Below the pieces are notes generated by a model, which ran no database searches, was not told the DNA's origin, and saw only the letters and a list, made by a program, of their open reading frames with translations. The position numbers and the translations under genes are program-made. DNA of 64,000 nucleotides from Basidiobolus meristosporus CBS 931.73 (Eukaryota > Fungi > Basidiobolomycota): assembly GCA_002104905.1 (NCBI GenBank), contig MCFE01000463.1, positions 6,971 to 70,970 on the forward strand, given 5' to 3'. Shown piece by piece: positions 11,350 through 25,898 of this stretch (positions within the stretch are counted from its first letter, which is position 1; each line of letters starts with the position of its first letter).

Positions 11350-13260
11350 TGCTGTAAGGATCTTGGAGATATTGGAAGTGATTGGGAGAACATGTAGACT
11401 ACATGGTCTTCACCTAATAGACTAGTTCTGTTGGATAGTGCCACATTGAGCCATGAGTGCCAAATGATGCCATAGTATGCCAGTGAGGCCAAGTGAGTCT
11501 ATACTTGGCCACAGAGTGTGAAACATAGCTCTGCATCTTCATGCAAAGCAGCCCTGCATTTCACCCATTGTACTGGAGAAAATCCATTTTTTGACCTTTT
11601 TTTTGAGATCAATGTTGTGCATGATGTGTAAGAGCACAAAAAGATTGAAGACATGTGCCTGGTACTCAATACCCATGGCACTCAGAATCAAGCCCCTGTG
11701 GCCTGTAACATGTCACAAAAATGCATGGCACTATCTTGGTCCACTGGTACTATCTGGCACTATATTTAAATATTAGCCCTAAAGTAAAACCTATATAAAG
11801 CACTTATAGTACCATATAGTACCAGTGGACCAAGATAGTGCCATGCATTTTTGTTACATGTTACAAGCCACAGGAGCTACATTCAGAGTACCATGGGTAT
11901 TGAGTATCACATGCATGTCTTCAGTCTTTCTGTGCCCTCACACATCCTAACAATGTTGATCCAAAAAAAAAGGTCAAAAAATGGATTTTTGCCAGCACAA
12001 TGGGTAAAACACAAGGGCTGCTTTGCATGAAGATGTAGGGTCATGTTTCACACTCTGTGGCCAGGTTTGGGTTTGCTATGCCTTTCTGGCATGCATTGGC
12101 ACTATTTGGCACCCATGGCTCAATGTGGCACTATCCATTGGAACAAGTCTAATGATTTTTTAAATGTAAAAGTAGTATTTGTATATAATCAAGGTCTTGG
12201 CATAAGAAGCCCATAGAATATATTTGGGAAGATCTTCAGATCAAGTGTTCAATGTTTGGGGCTATTTGGAAAACATTGAGAATTCTCATGTTCAGTGTAC
12301 CTGATGTAGGGTGAGAATATTGTAAGTGTATCTTAATATGGAACTTGGTCAGTACCCACAAAGATTTTAAGGTAATGATTCAAGTGACTAACTTAGGAGG
12401 GTACTTAGGTGGAAATAGGAATTCTTACAGCAATACAAAACATACTACACTCCCACTCAGCTAAATGATCACATTGACTAGTCCTAATTATGACCTAAGA
12501 TATTAAAATATGTCTCTTGTTATTGGTTTGGTAAATATGTCTGCAATAGTTTCACTGGTGACACAGTGGACTAAGTTAATCAAGTTACTTTCTATAGCTT
12601 TATGTATGAACTGATGTCTAGCATCAATGTACTAGGTTCTAGTATCAGCAATTGGATTTCTACCAGATTGTATACATCCTTGATTATCTTGCAATAAAGA
12701 AACAGACATTTTTGACATAAACCAAAGTTGTTTAAAAGCTTTATCAGTCACATTGCTTTGTTTAAAACTTCTCAGGCTGCCATATACTCTACTGCTGTGG
12801 TGGAGAGTGCTATTGTTGATTGCTGTCTTGAATTCCATAATATTGCCCATTTACAATAAAGAAAAGTTTAACTTGTTGTGAATCTTCTATTTTCTAAACT
12901 TTACCTGCAATCAATATCTTAGTATCCTGCAAGATCCAGCTGGGAGTCCTCAAGTATACCTTAAGCAGATATCTGGAGTCCATTTTACATATTTAAAAGT
13001 TGGTTTAACTGCTGCAATATGATCAGATCCATGGTTCCTACTATGATGTCAGACAACTCCCATTAAATATAAGATATCTGTAGGTGCTCCAAGCATGATA
13101 TAAATCAGACTACTGACCATTGATTCATAAGGAAAGTTGGAACTTTACAAGGCACCAAGCCCTTGTAAATTAGTTGAGTTTTGACCTAGTCAAAGCCTGT
13201 CTCCATTGTGGTTGCTGTCAGCTTACAATTTTCCATTTGATACTTCTTTAGTGTATCTTG
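11350..13260 (-). mobile_element. Copia E 3' module (LTR about 11350-12432 with a MITE inside, PPT, RNase H)
   Basis: Reverse complement of LTR E, then ctcccactc (PPT), then a reverse-strand RNase H relic (QDNQGCIQ). Confidence 0.75.
11419..12150. mobile_element. Fold-back MITE (732 bp) with PHIS TIRs
   Basis: agactagttc...ggaacaagtct; TSD aat/aat; inverted arms of about 345 bp around a 40-bp spacer. Confidence 0.92.
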
Positions 13261-13264
13261 AATA

Positions 13265-14200
13265 TGCTGTAAGAGTCTTGGAGATGTTGGAAGTAATTGG
13301 GAGAACAGGTAGATTATGTAGTTTTCACTTAAAGACTTATTGAATGTAAAAGTAGTATTTATACTTTTGCATATTTGTGGCATAGCAAACATGTAGATTA
13401 GGTTTAGGAGAGCTTCAAGACCATGTGTCAAAGGTTTGGGGTTGTTTGGGCAACTTTGATAATTCTCATGATCTGAGTACCAGATATTTTGTTGAAAATA
13501 TTCTAAGTATTCCTAACAAGGATTTTAGTCAGTATTCTTTGGAACTTGAAGGTAATGATCTAAGTAACTAAGTGAGGTGAATATTTAGGTGGAATTACAG
13601 AGCTTTACAACACTCCTGCTCAACTAATTGTTCATACTGACTAGTCCTAACTTTGACCTGAGATATATAACCTGGTTTTTAGCTAATGGTTTAGTGAATA
13701 TGCCTGCAATCATTTCATCTGTGAACAGTAAACTTAGTTAATCAAGTTATTCTCTATAGCTTCACATATGAAATGATGGCCAATACCTATGTGCTTAGTT
13801 CTAGCATGAAAGGCTGGATTTTTACTTAATTATTTACTTCCTTAATTATCTTGAAATAAAGTAATAGGAGTTTTTAACATAAGGCTAAATCTTTAAAGAG
13901 CTTCCTTAGCCACATTGCTTCTTTTGTAGCTTCACAGGCTGCCTTATATTCTGCCTATGCGGTATAAAGTGCTACAGTTGGTTGCTTTCTTAAATTCCAT
14001 GAAATTGCCCCTTTAGAGAAAAGAAAGGTGTATCATGTGATGGATCATCTGTTGTCCAATTGTTGCCCCCAATCAGCATCACAGTATCCCGCAAGATACT
14101 TTTCTGCATCCCTATAAGTGGATCTTAAGCAGATATCAGCAGCTCCTTTAGGCATCTGAAAATCTGCTTCACTGTTCTCCATGAAAAAATCTGGTCCCAT
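13265..14200 (-). mobile_element. Second copia E 3' module (LTR 13265-13612, PPT, RNase H)
   Basis: tgctgtaagagtc...ctttacaaca, then ctcctgctc, then reverse-strand YCDADWGQ. Confidence 0.75.
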
Positions 14201-14213
14201 GGATGGATCCAAT

Positions 14214-17200
14214 TGATGTAAAAATTTATATTTCCACCTAAACATTCACCTAACCTAGTCACTTAGATCATTACCTTCAAATCCTAGAGAATACTGACCA
14301 AATTCCTTGTCAGGATTTACTTAAAATACTTTCACCAAAATACCAGGTACCCAGAACATGAATATTCTCAAAGTTGTCCAAACAGCCCTAAACTTTGCAC
14401 ACATGCTCTTGGGACCTTTTTTAGCCTATTCTATGTCTTAGTAATGCCAAGACCATGTGAAAGTATAAATACTACTTTTACATTCAATAGATCATCAAGT
14501 GAAACCATATAATCTACTTGTTCTCCCAATCACTTCCAATATCTCAAAGACTTTACAACAGGTTATGAGCCTTGAGCTGTCACTCTCTGCAATGTCTACT
14601 ACCACTATTACTGGAATTTTTCCCTCTGCTGAAAAGTTGGATGGATCTAGCCATTAAGTGTGGATGATGAAGATGAAGGTGCTGATACAAGAAAGAGGCC
14701 TTTGGGATATTGTCATGGGTGAAGAATCCCCTCCTAAAGATGTGGGAGAGGAAGCCTTAAAGTACCAGAAGAAAGAACAAAGAGCCTTTAACTGCATTTG
14801 CCTTAATGTGAAGGACAAATTGCTAGTTCAATGCTCAAGAGCAAAAACGGCAAAGAATGCCTGGAAGAAATTAGATGACACCTACCAGTCATGCTCAGCT
14901 GCTAAGATAATGTATTTGAGATGAAAACTCTTTACTACAAAGAGGCTGTCAGGAGAAGAAATGAAAAATCTAATTAGCAGAACTACCCTGCCGGTAGATG
15001 AAATGAAATCTGTGGGTGTACCAACTACTGATGAGGATATGATAGTTGCCATCCTGAATAGCTTGACAGACAGGTTTCAGGGCCTTGTATCAGCCCTAGA
15101 GTCCAGAACTGAAGATTTGACCTTAAATTATGTATATGGAAGGCCCCTGGATGAAAAATCAATAAAATCAAGTGCCAATAAGAAGGAAGAGGAAAATGCT
15201 TTAACAAGCAGTGATCACCAACAAAGAAGGTACCTAAGACCCTACAAAAGCAACAGTAACCTGTTCTGGAACTACTGCAAAAGGAAAGGACACATATCAG
15301 ACCAGTGCTTCAAATAGAAAGATATTCAGCAGAAAAAGCCTGAATATGGAAATGCTGCAATAACTGAAGAAAGGCTATTCATATCTGCACTAAATATGAC
15401 CATAAAAAGGATTCTCAGGCCTGGTATATTGACTCTGGCGCACTTCAACACTTTACCCACCAAAAAGTACTTTTTACCCAATATCAAGAAATTCCCATTA
15501 AGAAGGTTCTCATGGGTGACAATAGAGCACTTGATGCAGTGGGAGAAGGAACTATCCAAGTAAACCTACAAAGCAGTGCAGGAAGCCATACACTGACCTT
15601 TAAAGAAGTAGTCTATGTACCAGAAATAGCCAAGAACCTACTATCTGTAAGCAAGGCCACAGCAGAAGGCCTCAGTTTCAGCTTTGACAATTCCAGATGC
15701 AACATCAATGATCAAAATGGTGCCCACATTGCTTTGGATATCAGAGATCAGAATCTATATAAGTTTACTTGTTTCCATTTTATTTGGAAGCCAATATAAG
15801 TAACTAAACTAAAGAAACACCAATGCATTGGCACAGGAGATTTGGGCACATCAATTTTGATTATTTGCGCAAAATGATCAAAGATCAGTTAATTTCTGAA
15901 GTAAAAATTGCTCCCCCAGCTAATTTGGAGCACTGTGAAGCCTGTATATATGGGAGACTAGCCAGACAACCATTCAAGAGCTCTGGGTTAATTGAAACCA
16001 TAAAAAATTTGGATCTAATTCCCCCAGATTGGTGTGGACCTATGCAAAATTTATTCTTAGGTGGGATGAAGTACTTGATCACTTTTATTGATGATTATAC
16101 AAGATACACATGGGTCTACTTCATGGAGAGAAAGGAAGAAGCTCTGTCTAAGTTCAGGGAGTTTAAAGCCATGGTGGAGAGAGAAACTGGTGAAAAAATT
16201 AAGAAAATATGCTCTGACAATGGTGGAGAATAAATCTCAAAACTCTTCATCCACTTCTGCAAAATTTATGGGATAAAGCAAGAGACTACTGTACCATACT
16301 CCCCATAACAAAATGGAGTAGCAGAAGGTGCTAACAGATCAATAATTGATATGGCAAGATCTATGATCCATGATCAACAACTATCCTATGATTTTTGGGC
16401 AGAATCAGTTGCCACTGCTGTATACCTTAAAAACAGGAGTTATAACAGGATTCATTGTGATTCTACTTCATTTGAAGCATGGTATAGATACAGACCAAGT
16501 GCAGAACATCTAAGGATATTTGAGTGTACAGCATATGCCAAAAAACTGGCTGGAAATCAGTCAAAATTTGAGCCAAAAAGTGTAAAATGCAAATTTTTGG
16601 GCTACTACAATGAGAGTAAGGCATACAGACTCTACAATACCAAAACAAAGAAGCTGATCAAGTCCAGAGATCTGTTGTTTGATGAAAATTCAAAATATTT
16701 ACAAGAAATGACATCATATTATGACAAAAACTTTATCTCAAGTCCACCAATTGTCAGGATTGAATCAGAGCAAAACAATGAAAATTTTTCACTCCAGAGG
16801 ACTCTGAAACCATGTTTCAGCCAGAATCAGTGCCCAACAATATCTCAGAAGTGATCATTCCAGTATCAAATGCCTGGAGATCCAATTGGACAAGAAATAG
16901 CCCAAATTACTATATCAATAAGGGTACAAACTTGGTCTGTGCCTATTCAGTCCATATTGCTGAGCCCCAGACTGTAAAAGAGGCCCTAAATAGCCCTCAG
17001 ACAAAGTTTTGGAGATCTGCAATGACTGAGGAATATCAAGCCCAATGGAAAATCAAACTTGGGACTTAGTCAAATTATCAATCAACCATATATCAATTGG
17101 ATGCAGATGCATCTTCATGACAAAATACAAGGCGGATGGTACAATTGAAAGATACAAAGCAAGACTTGTAGCCAAAGGATACTCTCAAACAAAAGGACTT

Positions 17201-18886
17201 GATTATATTGAGGCCATTGCACTGGTAGCCAAGTTTAACTTCATCAGATTAATATTGGCTATTGCAGCCAAATATAAGTTTTTTGTTCATCAAATGGATG
17301 TAAAACTGCTTTTTTGAATGAATAACTTGATGAGGATGTGTATATGGACCAGCCTGATGGGTTTGCAGACCAAGATAACCCCATTTGGTCCGCAAGCTAC
17401 AAAGTCACTATATGGTCTCAAACAATCACCACAAGCGTGGAATTGCAAGATAGATTCTTATTTGGAATTTTTGAGTTTCAAAAGGAGTAATGCTAGCAAT
17501 AGTATATACTATAAGCCGGATAGAGCAAATCCAGCTCTATTAGCACTATATGTGGATGATCTTATTATAGCTGCTGATAATGAAGAAACATTGGAAGAGA
17601 CAAAGTCCAGCCTATTTAAGGAGTTCAAGATGTCCTATCTAGGAGAACTCAGTTACTACTTAGGGATTAAGTTCTCTATAGACAGAAGAACCCAGACTAT
17701 TACTCTAAGTCAATCCAAGTATATTCAAGATATACTAAAGAAGTCCAAAATGGAAGACTGTCAACTGGCAGCTACCCCAATGGATACAAACCTTGACTTG
17801 GTCAAAACTAAACCAAATCAAGAGAGCTTGGTGCCATCTGAAAGCCTTGACTTTCCTTATCAATCAATGGTCAGCAGTCTGATGTATATCATGCTTGGAA
17901 CACGTCCAGACATCCCATATTCAGTAGGAGTTGTCAGCCAACACAATCAGAACTAGGGATCTGATCATATTGCAGCAGTTAAGCAGATTTTTATACACCT
18001 AAAAGAAACTGCTGATATCTGCTTATGATACACTTATCAGAATTCAGAACAGGATCTTGTGGGATACTCCAATGTTGATTGGGGACAAAATTGGGTAGAC
18101 AGAAGATCCACCACAGGATACACCATTCTTTACTGTAAAGGAGCAATTTCATGGAATTCAAGAAAGCAACCAACCATGGCACTTTCTACCACAGAGGCAG
18201 AGTACATGGCAGCCTGTGAAGCTACAAAAGAAACAATGTGGTTAGGAAAGCTTTTTACTGATTGAGGCCTATTTAAAAAATGCCTATTACTTCATTTCAA
18301 GATAATCAAGGATGTATACAATTAGGTAGAAATCCAACTTTTCATGCTAGAACCAAGCACATAGATATTACACATCATACCATATGTGAAGCTATAGAGA
18401 ATAACCTAGTTAGCTTAGTTTACTGTCCTACAGATTTAAAGGATTGCAGACATATTTACCAAACCACTAGCTAGAGACAAGTTTCAATATCTTAGGTCAA
18501 AATTAGGATTAGTCAGTATGACATTTAGCTGAGTGGAAGTGTTGTAAAAATTTGTATTTCCACCTAAATATTGAACTAACTTAGCCACTTAGAGCATTAC
18601 ATCCATATCCTAGAGAATACTGACCAAATTCCTTGTTGGGATTTATTTAGAATATTGTCACCAAAATATCAGGTACCCAAAACATCAAAATTATCAAAGT
18701 TGTCCAAACAGCCCCAAACTTTGCACACATGTTCTTGGGACCTTCCTTAACCTATTTACATGTTTGTTATGCCAAGACCAGGTAAGAGTATAAATACTAG
18801 TCTTACATTCAATAAATCATTAAGTGATAACCACATAATCACTTGTTCTCCCAAACACTTCCAATATCTCCAAGACTCTTATAATA
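14214..18886 (+). mobile_element. Near full-length decayed Ty1/copia (family E)
   Basis: 5' LTR 14214-14560, PBS ggttatgagcc, Gag/CCHC, GAG-pre-integrase WHRRFGH, integrase FIDD..SDNGGE, RT LYVDDLII, RNase H, 3' LTR 18540-18886. Many stops and frameshifts; no matching TSD seen. Confidence 0.9.
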
Positions 18887-19070
18887 TTGAATTTCCTTTT
18901 TGCAGCAAAGATACTGCTTTCTCTACCTGAGATTTTGACTGCTTCAAAAATATTATCCGCTCATTTTGTTTCTGGACTATTTCCTGATTTCTCTGGGCCA
19001 TTGCTTCAGTCCTATCAGCCACTGAACCTAATTGCCTCACTAATGCCTTGTTATGAGCTGACAACACACA
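18887..19070 (-). pseudogene. Fragment of the coiled-coil ORF also found at about 31720-31900
   Basis: KALVRQLGSVADRTEAMAQRNQEIV...EKAVSLLQ matches ELLRQLGAVVDRIDA...EKAISLLQ near 31740-31880. Confidence 0.55.
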
Positions 19071-21290
19071 AGACTTATTCAGTTGGATAGTGCAACATAA
19101 TGCCAGCCTGTTTTTGGTGCTGGAGTGGTGGTGTATAGGTCCAATGGAGAGATATGTCCAACACTTTTCAAGCATTTTCTGTGTCAGGTGCTCACTGGGT
19201 GCAATAACCTCTGGCAAATGCTTGCTAGGAATACTTGGGTTCTGTCTCTAATCTGATGTGACAAGGAGTAAAGAAACAAGCTTGTCAAGGGAAAACTATT
19301 GAGCTACAATCCTCAACTTGGTTGGTGTTTTGACAAAAGTATGTGCTGGTTTCAGCTTCCTTTGAGATGACAATGCACCAAAGCTTCCCAAGTCAAACAA
19401 CTGCAAACTCCACCAGCAGGGACTTGATAAGAAAGCAGCTGTGGTCAATAGTTACCAAGTGAGAAAAGTATCTTTGCCTGTTTCCTGAGAGTGTCCTGTG
19501 GTCTGGCGCTGGAAGTTCAGGTAGCAGCAGGTAGCAGTGATCACGCTAATAAACAAGTTGGTATATTGATGAAAGGGATGGTGATTTATTGCTGAGGGAT
19601 GGCCTCCCTTACATAATTTTCTCACTGGCTAAGTGATTAATAATCATGGTGTTCCAGAAGGTTCCAGAGATCAATCAAAATCTCAATGACATCAGAATAA
19701 GCTAAGAGTATTCTAAGTAGGTGTTGAATGGTTCTAAGGGGCTGGGCACAACCAACCAATAAGGAATCAGTACTCAAAAAAAAGAGATTTGAATGAGATT
19801 TTTGTCTCAAATTACTAATGTACTATGTGATATATTAGTAGAGCTAAGTAGCTTCCAAGAGCAAAATACACCAGACTCATCCAGGCAGCAGTTCCAAAGT
19901 ATCAGATAGTGGATAAGTGATTACCTTAAGGACTCAGAAGGTTAGCTTCAAGAGGAAGAATACATACCACAAGTAACAGTGTCAAGATTGCAGCAGTATG
20001 CCTTGCTAGATTCCTTACCATACCTTGCAACTTCAGTGCACCAGCACATGTCAGTCTAAACTACACCAACACCCTTCACAAGAATGCCCCGCATCAGGTC
20101 AACATATGTTTGGTCAATGCTTGCACTTCAGAGCAAAACCACCAGAACTTGCCAAACTGCTCATTTAGACACAAGCCCATTGGAGCAGGCCAAGCTGTAT
20201 CAACAAGTGGCATCACATCAAACTCAGCCAAGGGACATACCAGTGCATCAAGTCATGCTTTCACATGCCATTACACCTGACTATTAGCAAGTTACTTTGG
20301 GTGAACTGACTGATGATGACCCACATGAAGTGCCTCCACCATCAGAGCCTCTGGCAAGTAAAAGAACACATCAATGTGTAGCACTGCAGGCTGGTTGAGT
20401 AGCCTCATCCAGTGCAATTTGGCGCAGCCAAGCTGCAGCATGAGCTCATTAACTAGGAGGCAAAACACTGACTATAAATACGCAAGTAGCCTAGAGGTTA
20501 GTCAACAAGCAAGTAGTTTAGGTGTGCAAAGCAAATCCCTACCAGATGCTTCAGTAGTAATCCCCTTGGGAAAAAAACCTTTGAGAAGATGATGCGCTTG
20601 CATTGAATTGCTATTATTTGTCATAAATCAAATGACTCATTGTTGTTGTGATCCAAATTGAACCATTGCAAATTGCTGATCATTAAATTTTTGATATAAG
20701 TAAAATCAAGATTTTCTCACATTTGAGACAGAACCCCCATAAACAAGCACCCTGCATATATGTAATTATCTGTAACAATAGTGCAGCTATTTGAGCTGAT
20801 TTGCGCCTAGAAAATTGGTTGTGTGCTTGCTTAATGGGCAAAATGGGATATATGATGGCAAACCAGGTAGCTTGTGTATGGTCAGAGTACCTATTGAGGG
20901 CTGACAGCCTCAGGATACTTTTGGACTAATTAACCACCAAGATACCATCAAATAGGAGTGATGGTAGCCTTGATGGTAAGTATCAGAGTAGTTTTTAGTG
21001 TCGTATGCATTTATTTCCAGTTACATAAAGAAACATATCCAAATACTAGATATTACCTACCATAATAGTAGTATCCAATTGCGCACATAATGCAATCATT
21101 ACAAGTAGACACAATCATTTGAGCCAACCTCACCATGTCAGATTGTGCCATAGTGTGCAAGATTGTGCCACATGGTGCAAAATTGCTCAAGAGCAATCCT
21201 AACTACTGCTAGCTATAATTTGGAGCCAGATTGTTCTTAGAGACCACTGATTGTGCTGCACACCCTGGCACAGTACAATGGAATCAGTCT
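19071..21290 (-). mobile_element. PHIS transposon copy 3, internally deleted with both ends present
   Basis: Degenerate TIRs agacttattcagttggatagtg (19071) and ggaatcagtct (21290). The interior matches the reverse complement of 681-1200 and 44640-44960; the transposase has been lost. Confidence 0.75.
19124..19775 (-). repeat. Truncated family A LTR
   Basis: agtggtggtgtataggtcc... colinear with 6616 onward, with an internal deletion; ends near aggaatcagta. Confidence 0.85.
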
Positions 21291-21758
21291 ACTTACTAAT
21301 ATGGGTGGTGGTGATGTTATGATTGCTACTTGCTGGTCTTCAACTGAGGGTACTGTGCTTGCTACATTCTCATCTGCCTGAGCATAATAGTCAGCTTGTG
21401 GCTCTGCTGAGGTTCTCAATTCCTCACTTCACTAAGAGCCTGAGGAGTCCACATTATTACCTTCAGTGGGCACACTATTGACATAGTCTTTTTTTGGATG
21501 TGGCCCTGCTTGTTACACTGAATGTCAAAGCAAGCTGTTGTCCAACCCTTCTTCTGCTGCCATCAGTGGTGGGGTTTTCCTGGGAACCAGACAACTTTGC
21601 TTTATTGTTCAGTGGCATATATATGGTGGTGAGTCAAACTAAAGAGGAAAAAGTGTTACATATATGTGAGTATGTAGTGCCACAACTTTATTTAAAATGC
21701 TTAATATGACAGGTTGTCACTGAATCTTACCTTCATGTAGGTGCAATGTCTAAAATAC

Positions 21759-24700
21759 TGTTACAAGTGCTGATATACAAGTTGTAGAGGAATAGGGAGT
21801 TAAGCTAGTATTGTATTCACTAAAACTTGAGCTGATTTTTATTGAGGTTCCAGCAGCTCCTTATTTACATTTTGCCAGATCAATTGCCAACTAATTGTGT
21901 TTCCTAATGTAGGCTATGGCTGATGACTCCATTGATTGCATAATCATCACCCAATTAAATCCTACTTAATATATTTATATCTGTCCAATAAGGATCTGCT
22001 GATTTGTTTGCTTACTAATGCTACTGATTTGACTAAAAATTGATCTTACTTAAACATTCAAGCAGTAGATCATAACATTCTCCCCCATTAATGTTGAGAG
22101 GGTTCTCCTGAATCTCTTACTTGTGGTACCAATATCTTGATGGTTCAGTATTATCAGCAAGTCTTGCAAGTTTGAGTCTGTCCCTATGCATTGAGTCTTC
22201 CCAGATATTGCCTTGTTTATCCACTAGTTAGTAAGTTGCAAATGGACATACTCTGATAATTTTGAATGGTCTTGACCATTGTGGCTCAAACTTCTTCTGA
22301 GTGTTGTTTCTTGGTAATACAAAGTTCCTAACTGTCAATGCTTCCAGTGCTATAGTCATACCAAATCCCTGCTTCATCCTTTCTGCACATTGAAAACTTT
22401 GGTGCGTGTCTCTTGACGTCTTTTTTCCAGCTGCTGGTGTCTACATGGCTGACTGAGTTCAACTTCTAAGGTGTCTGTAAGCTATGGTTGTGTTAGATCC
22501 CCTGGAATCCTTGGTTTACACCCATGCACCAAGTAAAATGACAATTCTTGGGTGGTGTTGTGTACTCTGACTCTACATGCAAAGAGTGCTTAGTCTATAT
22601 ACTCATCCCAACTACTGACAACTACATTTGCATACTCGGTAAGCATTTTTCCGGATAATCCATTAAACCATTCAGTGACTCCATTAGTTCTGGGGTGATA
22701 TGCCAAGATTTTCAAGTGTTTGATCTGCTGCATTTCCAGGTAAGCTTCCAATGTCTTTGCCATAATGCTTGCACCTCTATTGGATAGAATCTCTACAGGG
22801 CATCCAAGCTTCATAAGGATCTCATGGTAGATGAAACTTGCAACATCTTGTTCACTGGCTATGGGTACAGCTTTAGCCACTGGCCATTTGGTGGCATTGT
22901 CAATTATTACTAGGATCCAACGGTTGCATTTCCTGATAGTTGGCAGTCTCCCAACAGAGTCAATTCCCCATCTTTCAAATGGTCTTGCAGGCTCCAAGGG
23001 GAAGAGTTCAGCAATTCTCTATGGTTGGCCTTGGTTGAGTTGGCAATTTGGGCATGTTTCATTCTGGGCCACCATGCTCTGGCTTTCACATGACTAAAGG
23101 TTCCTTCTATTCCAAGATGTACACATCCATTGTGTAGTTTATGTATTAAATTCAGGCAAGCAACATGAGGGCAATATGCAATAGGGCTTCCATCATCAAC
23201 TTTGTAGAGTGTTTCATCCTGTACTACAAACTTGCTGGCTTCATCCCAGATTATCTTCTTGATCTCTTCATCCACCTCATTAGGAATGGCTTGGTTGTCC
23301 AAGCACTTTGGTAATAGGCTAGGCCAATCTGATTCATGCACTAAGCTGAATTGTGCAACTTGTTCTAGTCTTGATAAGGCATCAGCAATTATTCATTTAT
23401 CTCAGGGCAGTAGACAATCTCTAAGTCAAATTGCTGATGTATTCACTCCATCTTGACAATCCTCTGGAGAGTACTTTCTGAGTAATTTTATACTTGAGAG
23501 AGGCATGATCAGTCTTCACAGTGCATTTGACTCCTTCCATATAGCATCTCCATGTCTTCAAACAGTGCATTATAGCAAGCATCTCTTTTGATGCACTGAA
23601 TAGTTTTGTTCTGCTGAGCTCAGTTTCTTGAACTCAAAGGTAATTGGGTAGTCCTTTTCCTTGTATTCTGGGCTCAACACTCCACCAATTGCATAATCTG
23701 AAGCATCTGTTCACAGAGTATACCTCTCACAGACTCCAATCATTATTCATATGCATAAGCAACAAATGCAAAGACTGGATGAGCTGGATACGGATTTATT
23801 CAAGTGGCATTCTAAAGCCATTCCTACCAATAGTACATTGGAAGCATTGGGAGTCATATGTGGACATTGTAGGTATTTTTATCCAGAAGTGGATTGCAAA
23901 TGCCTACTTGACACTGTTGCAATTTAAGAAGTGATTTGGATATAAGGAACCTATCAAGAAATAGTGATAATAGTTGAACTGTTGTTTATTAATAAAGAAG
24001 CTCAGTATTTATACCTTTGTAGAAGTAACACAGCTCTAATACTGAGTAAGGAGGGTTTCTCAATATTCTGGAGCATTCTGTAACAGTTTCAGGGTTAGTA
24101 TATAATAGTTAGTATTAGTGCTTTGATCCTGACTATAGGGGAATAATCATAAGATTGCAGATCTGAAGAAAGGGGCAAAGTTAGAGCTGTAAGTTAGTCC
24201 CGCAGTGACCAAGACTATTCCAGAATTGTCAAGTAAATTTTTAGCTGTAGAATGATACCAAATAGTCCAATATTTCAACAGATTCTTCTGCACAGCATCT
24301 ATTTCTATTGGCACTGCAACTGATTAGCTTCTTTTATAGTGACTGTAGCCTCCCTGATTAGTCATTGTGGGCTCCCCAATTTCACACTAAGGTTGCTCTT
24401 GACATGGTTTTTGCTGGTTCTGCACCATGGTAGTCATTCTTTGTTGCTGCTGACTAAGGATCTGGAGTAACTGTTGCTGATGGACCATGATTTGCGGCAT
24501 AGCATTCTTCCATTCTTGATTTTCAGATATCTTGAGGGGGGGCTTATTTATTCAGGAGGGGGGGTGGTTTCTGGTGATTGCTGCTACCAATGTTACAAGT
24601 CTTGACATAAGAATTGTGGAGGAATAGGAAGTTTAGCCAGTATTGTATTCATCAAAACTTGAACTGATCTTTATTCAGATTCCAGCAGCTCTTTATATAC

Positions 24701-24830
24701 ATTTTGTCAGTTGCTGACTAAATGTGCTTCCTAATGTGGGCTGTGACTTATGACTCAATTGATTGCATCATCATCACCCAATTAGATTATACTCAAAATT
24801 TCTATTTCTGTACATCTGTCCTTAGTATTT
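21759..24830 (-). mobile_element. Heavily deleted Ty3/gypsy (family G)
   Basis: Related LTRs at 21759-22077 and from 24591; PPT complement ttctccccc; PBS-like tggtagcagc; integrase WGIDSVG...YHPRTNG at 22590-22997; RNase H relic at about 23400-23690. Confidence 0.75.
23915..24280 (-). repeat. Solo LTR of the intact copia family
   Basis: 366 bp; a diverged reverse complement of 25899-26267. Flanks gacac/gattc do not match. Confidence 0.9.
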
Positions 24831-25898
24831 TCCAATTATTCCTAACTGTCCTCCATGTGCCAACTCAGCTTATTTGTGACAGACTTGAAGGTAATATTCT
24901 TGATGGGACTGGGATATGTTTGTACCTGCAACTTGACTTGGCTTCCTATCTCCCAAAACTGCCATACCATAGGAAACTCCCAAAAGGTGAAGCAAGGTCC
25001 AATATACCCAGCAAACCAAGTAAGATGGAGTAGCAAATGAATACTGTAGCAGCAGGGATCTACATGTTAAGATTTATTTTTGAGGTACAGCCTCTGAAAT
25101 CCCATTACTAACCACTTGCACAAAAGCTTTAGATGTGCCAAGTTAACATTAGTGATCTGCTTCTGGATAAGTATCCCTACAATGTACACATTTAACTCCC
25201 AATGCTTCTAAAGTACTGTTGGTAGAAATAGCTTCAGAAGGCCACTTGAATAAATACATACCCAGTTCATCTAGTCCTTGCACTTGTAGTGTGACATATG
25301 TGTCTGAATGTTGATTGGAGCTTGTGAGAGCTGCTTTGGGTAGTGGATACTCTGTAATATCTTGCCAATCATTCAAATATTTCCGGTATTCTTAAGGACT
25401 CATTTGGCTTGAAATGCCCCATATGCAACTTGGTTGCCAGTGTATGGATATTGCCAAAAAGCAAATGCATTGCTACCAGAGGAGGGCTTTTGCTCTAACA
25501 AATACCCTGTATCTTAAGTATATCTGGTTTCCAATCAATTCCATATTCTGGCTGATTGCTTATAGCTTGCCAACTCTATTGCAATTGCATGCTAACTTCT
25601 ATACATTCTCTCTGTGGAAAATGATGATTTTAGTGTTGGTGTTGTGGTATATAATACGGGTTAGTTATGGAGTAAGACCCATGGATATCACATGTTTAAC
25701 AGCAATACCATCCATTGTGTGCAGAAAAGCTGGCTATTTGCTCATAGCTGGGGTATCTCCAATGCAGATAATGAAATGCACTTTGCCATGACTGCCATTT
25801 ACTTTTATTCTGCTGGAGGGCATATAAAATCCATCCAGCAATGGATACAGGTAGCAATCCAGTTTAGACGGCAATATAGGCCCAGATACCAGTGAGAC

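Noticed and set aside
20740-20940. Faint Ulp1/C48 protease-like words in PHIS ORF1 (VIICNN, QPQDTFGL)
   Set aside because: The catalytic His-Trp and Cys are not present and the match spans different frames; it cannot be supported without a consensus.
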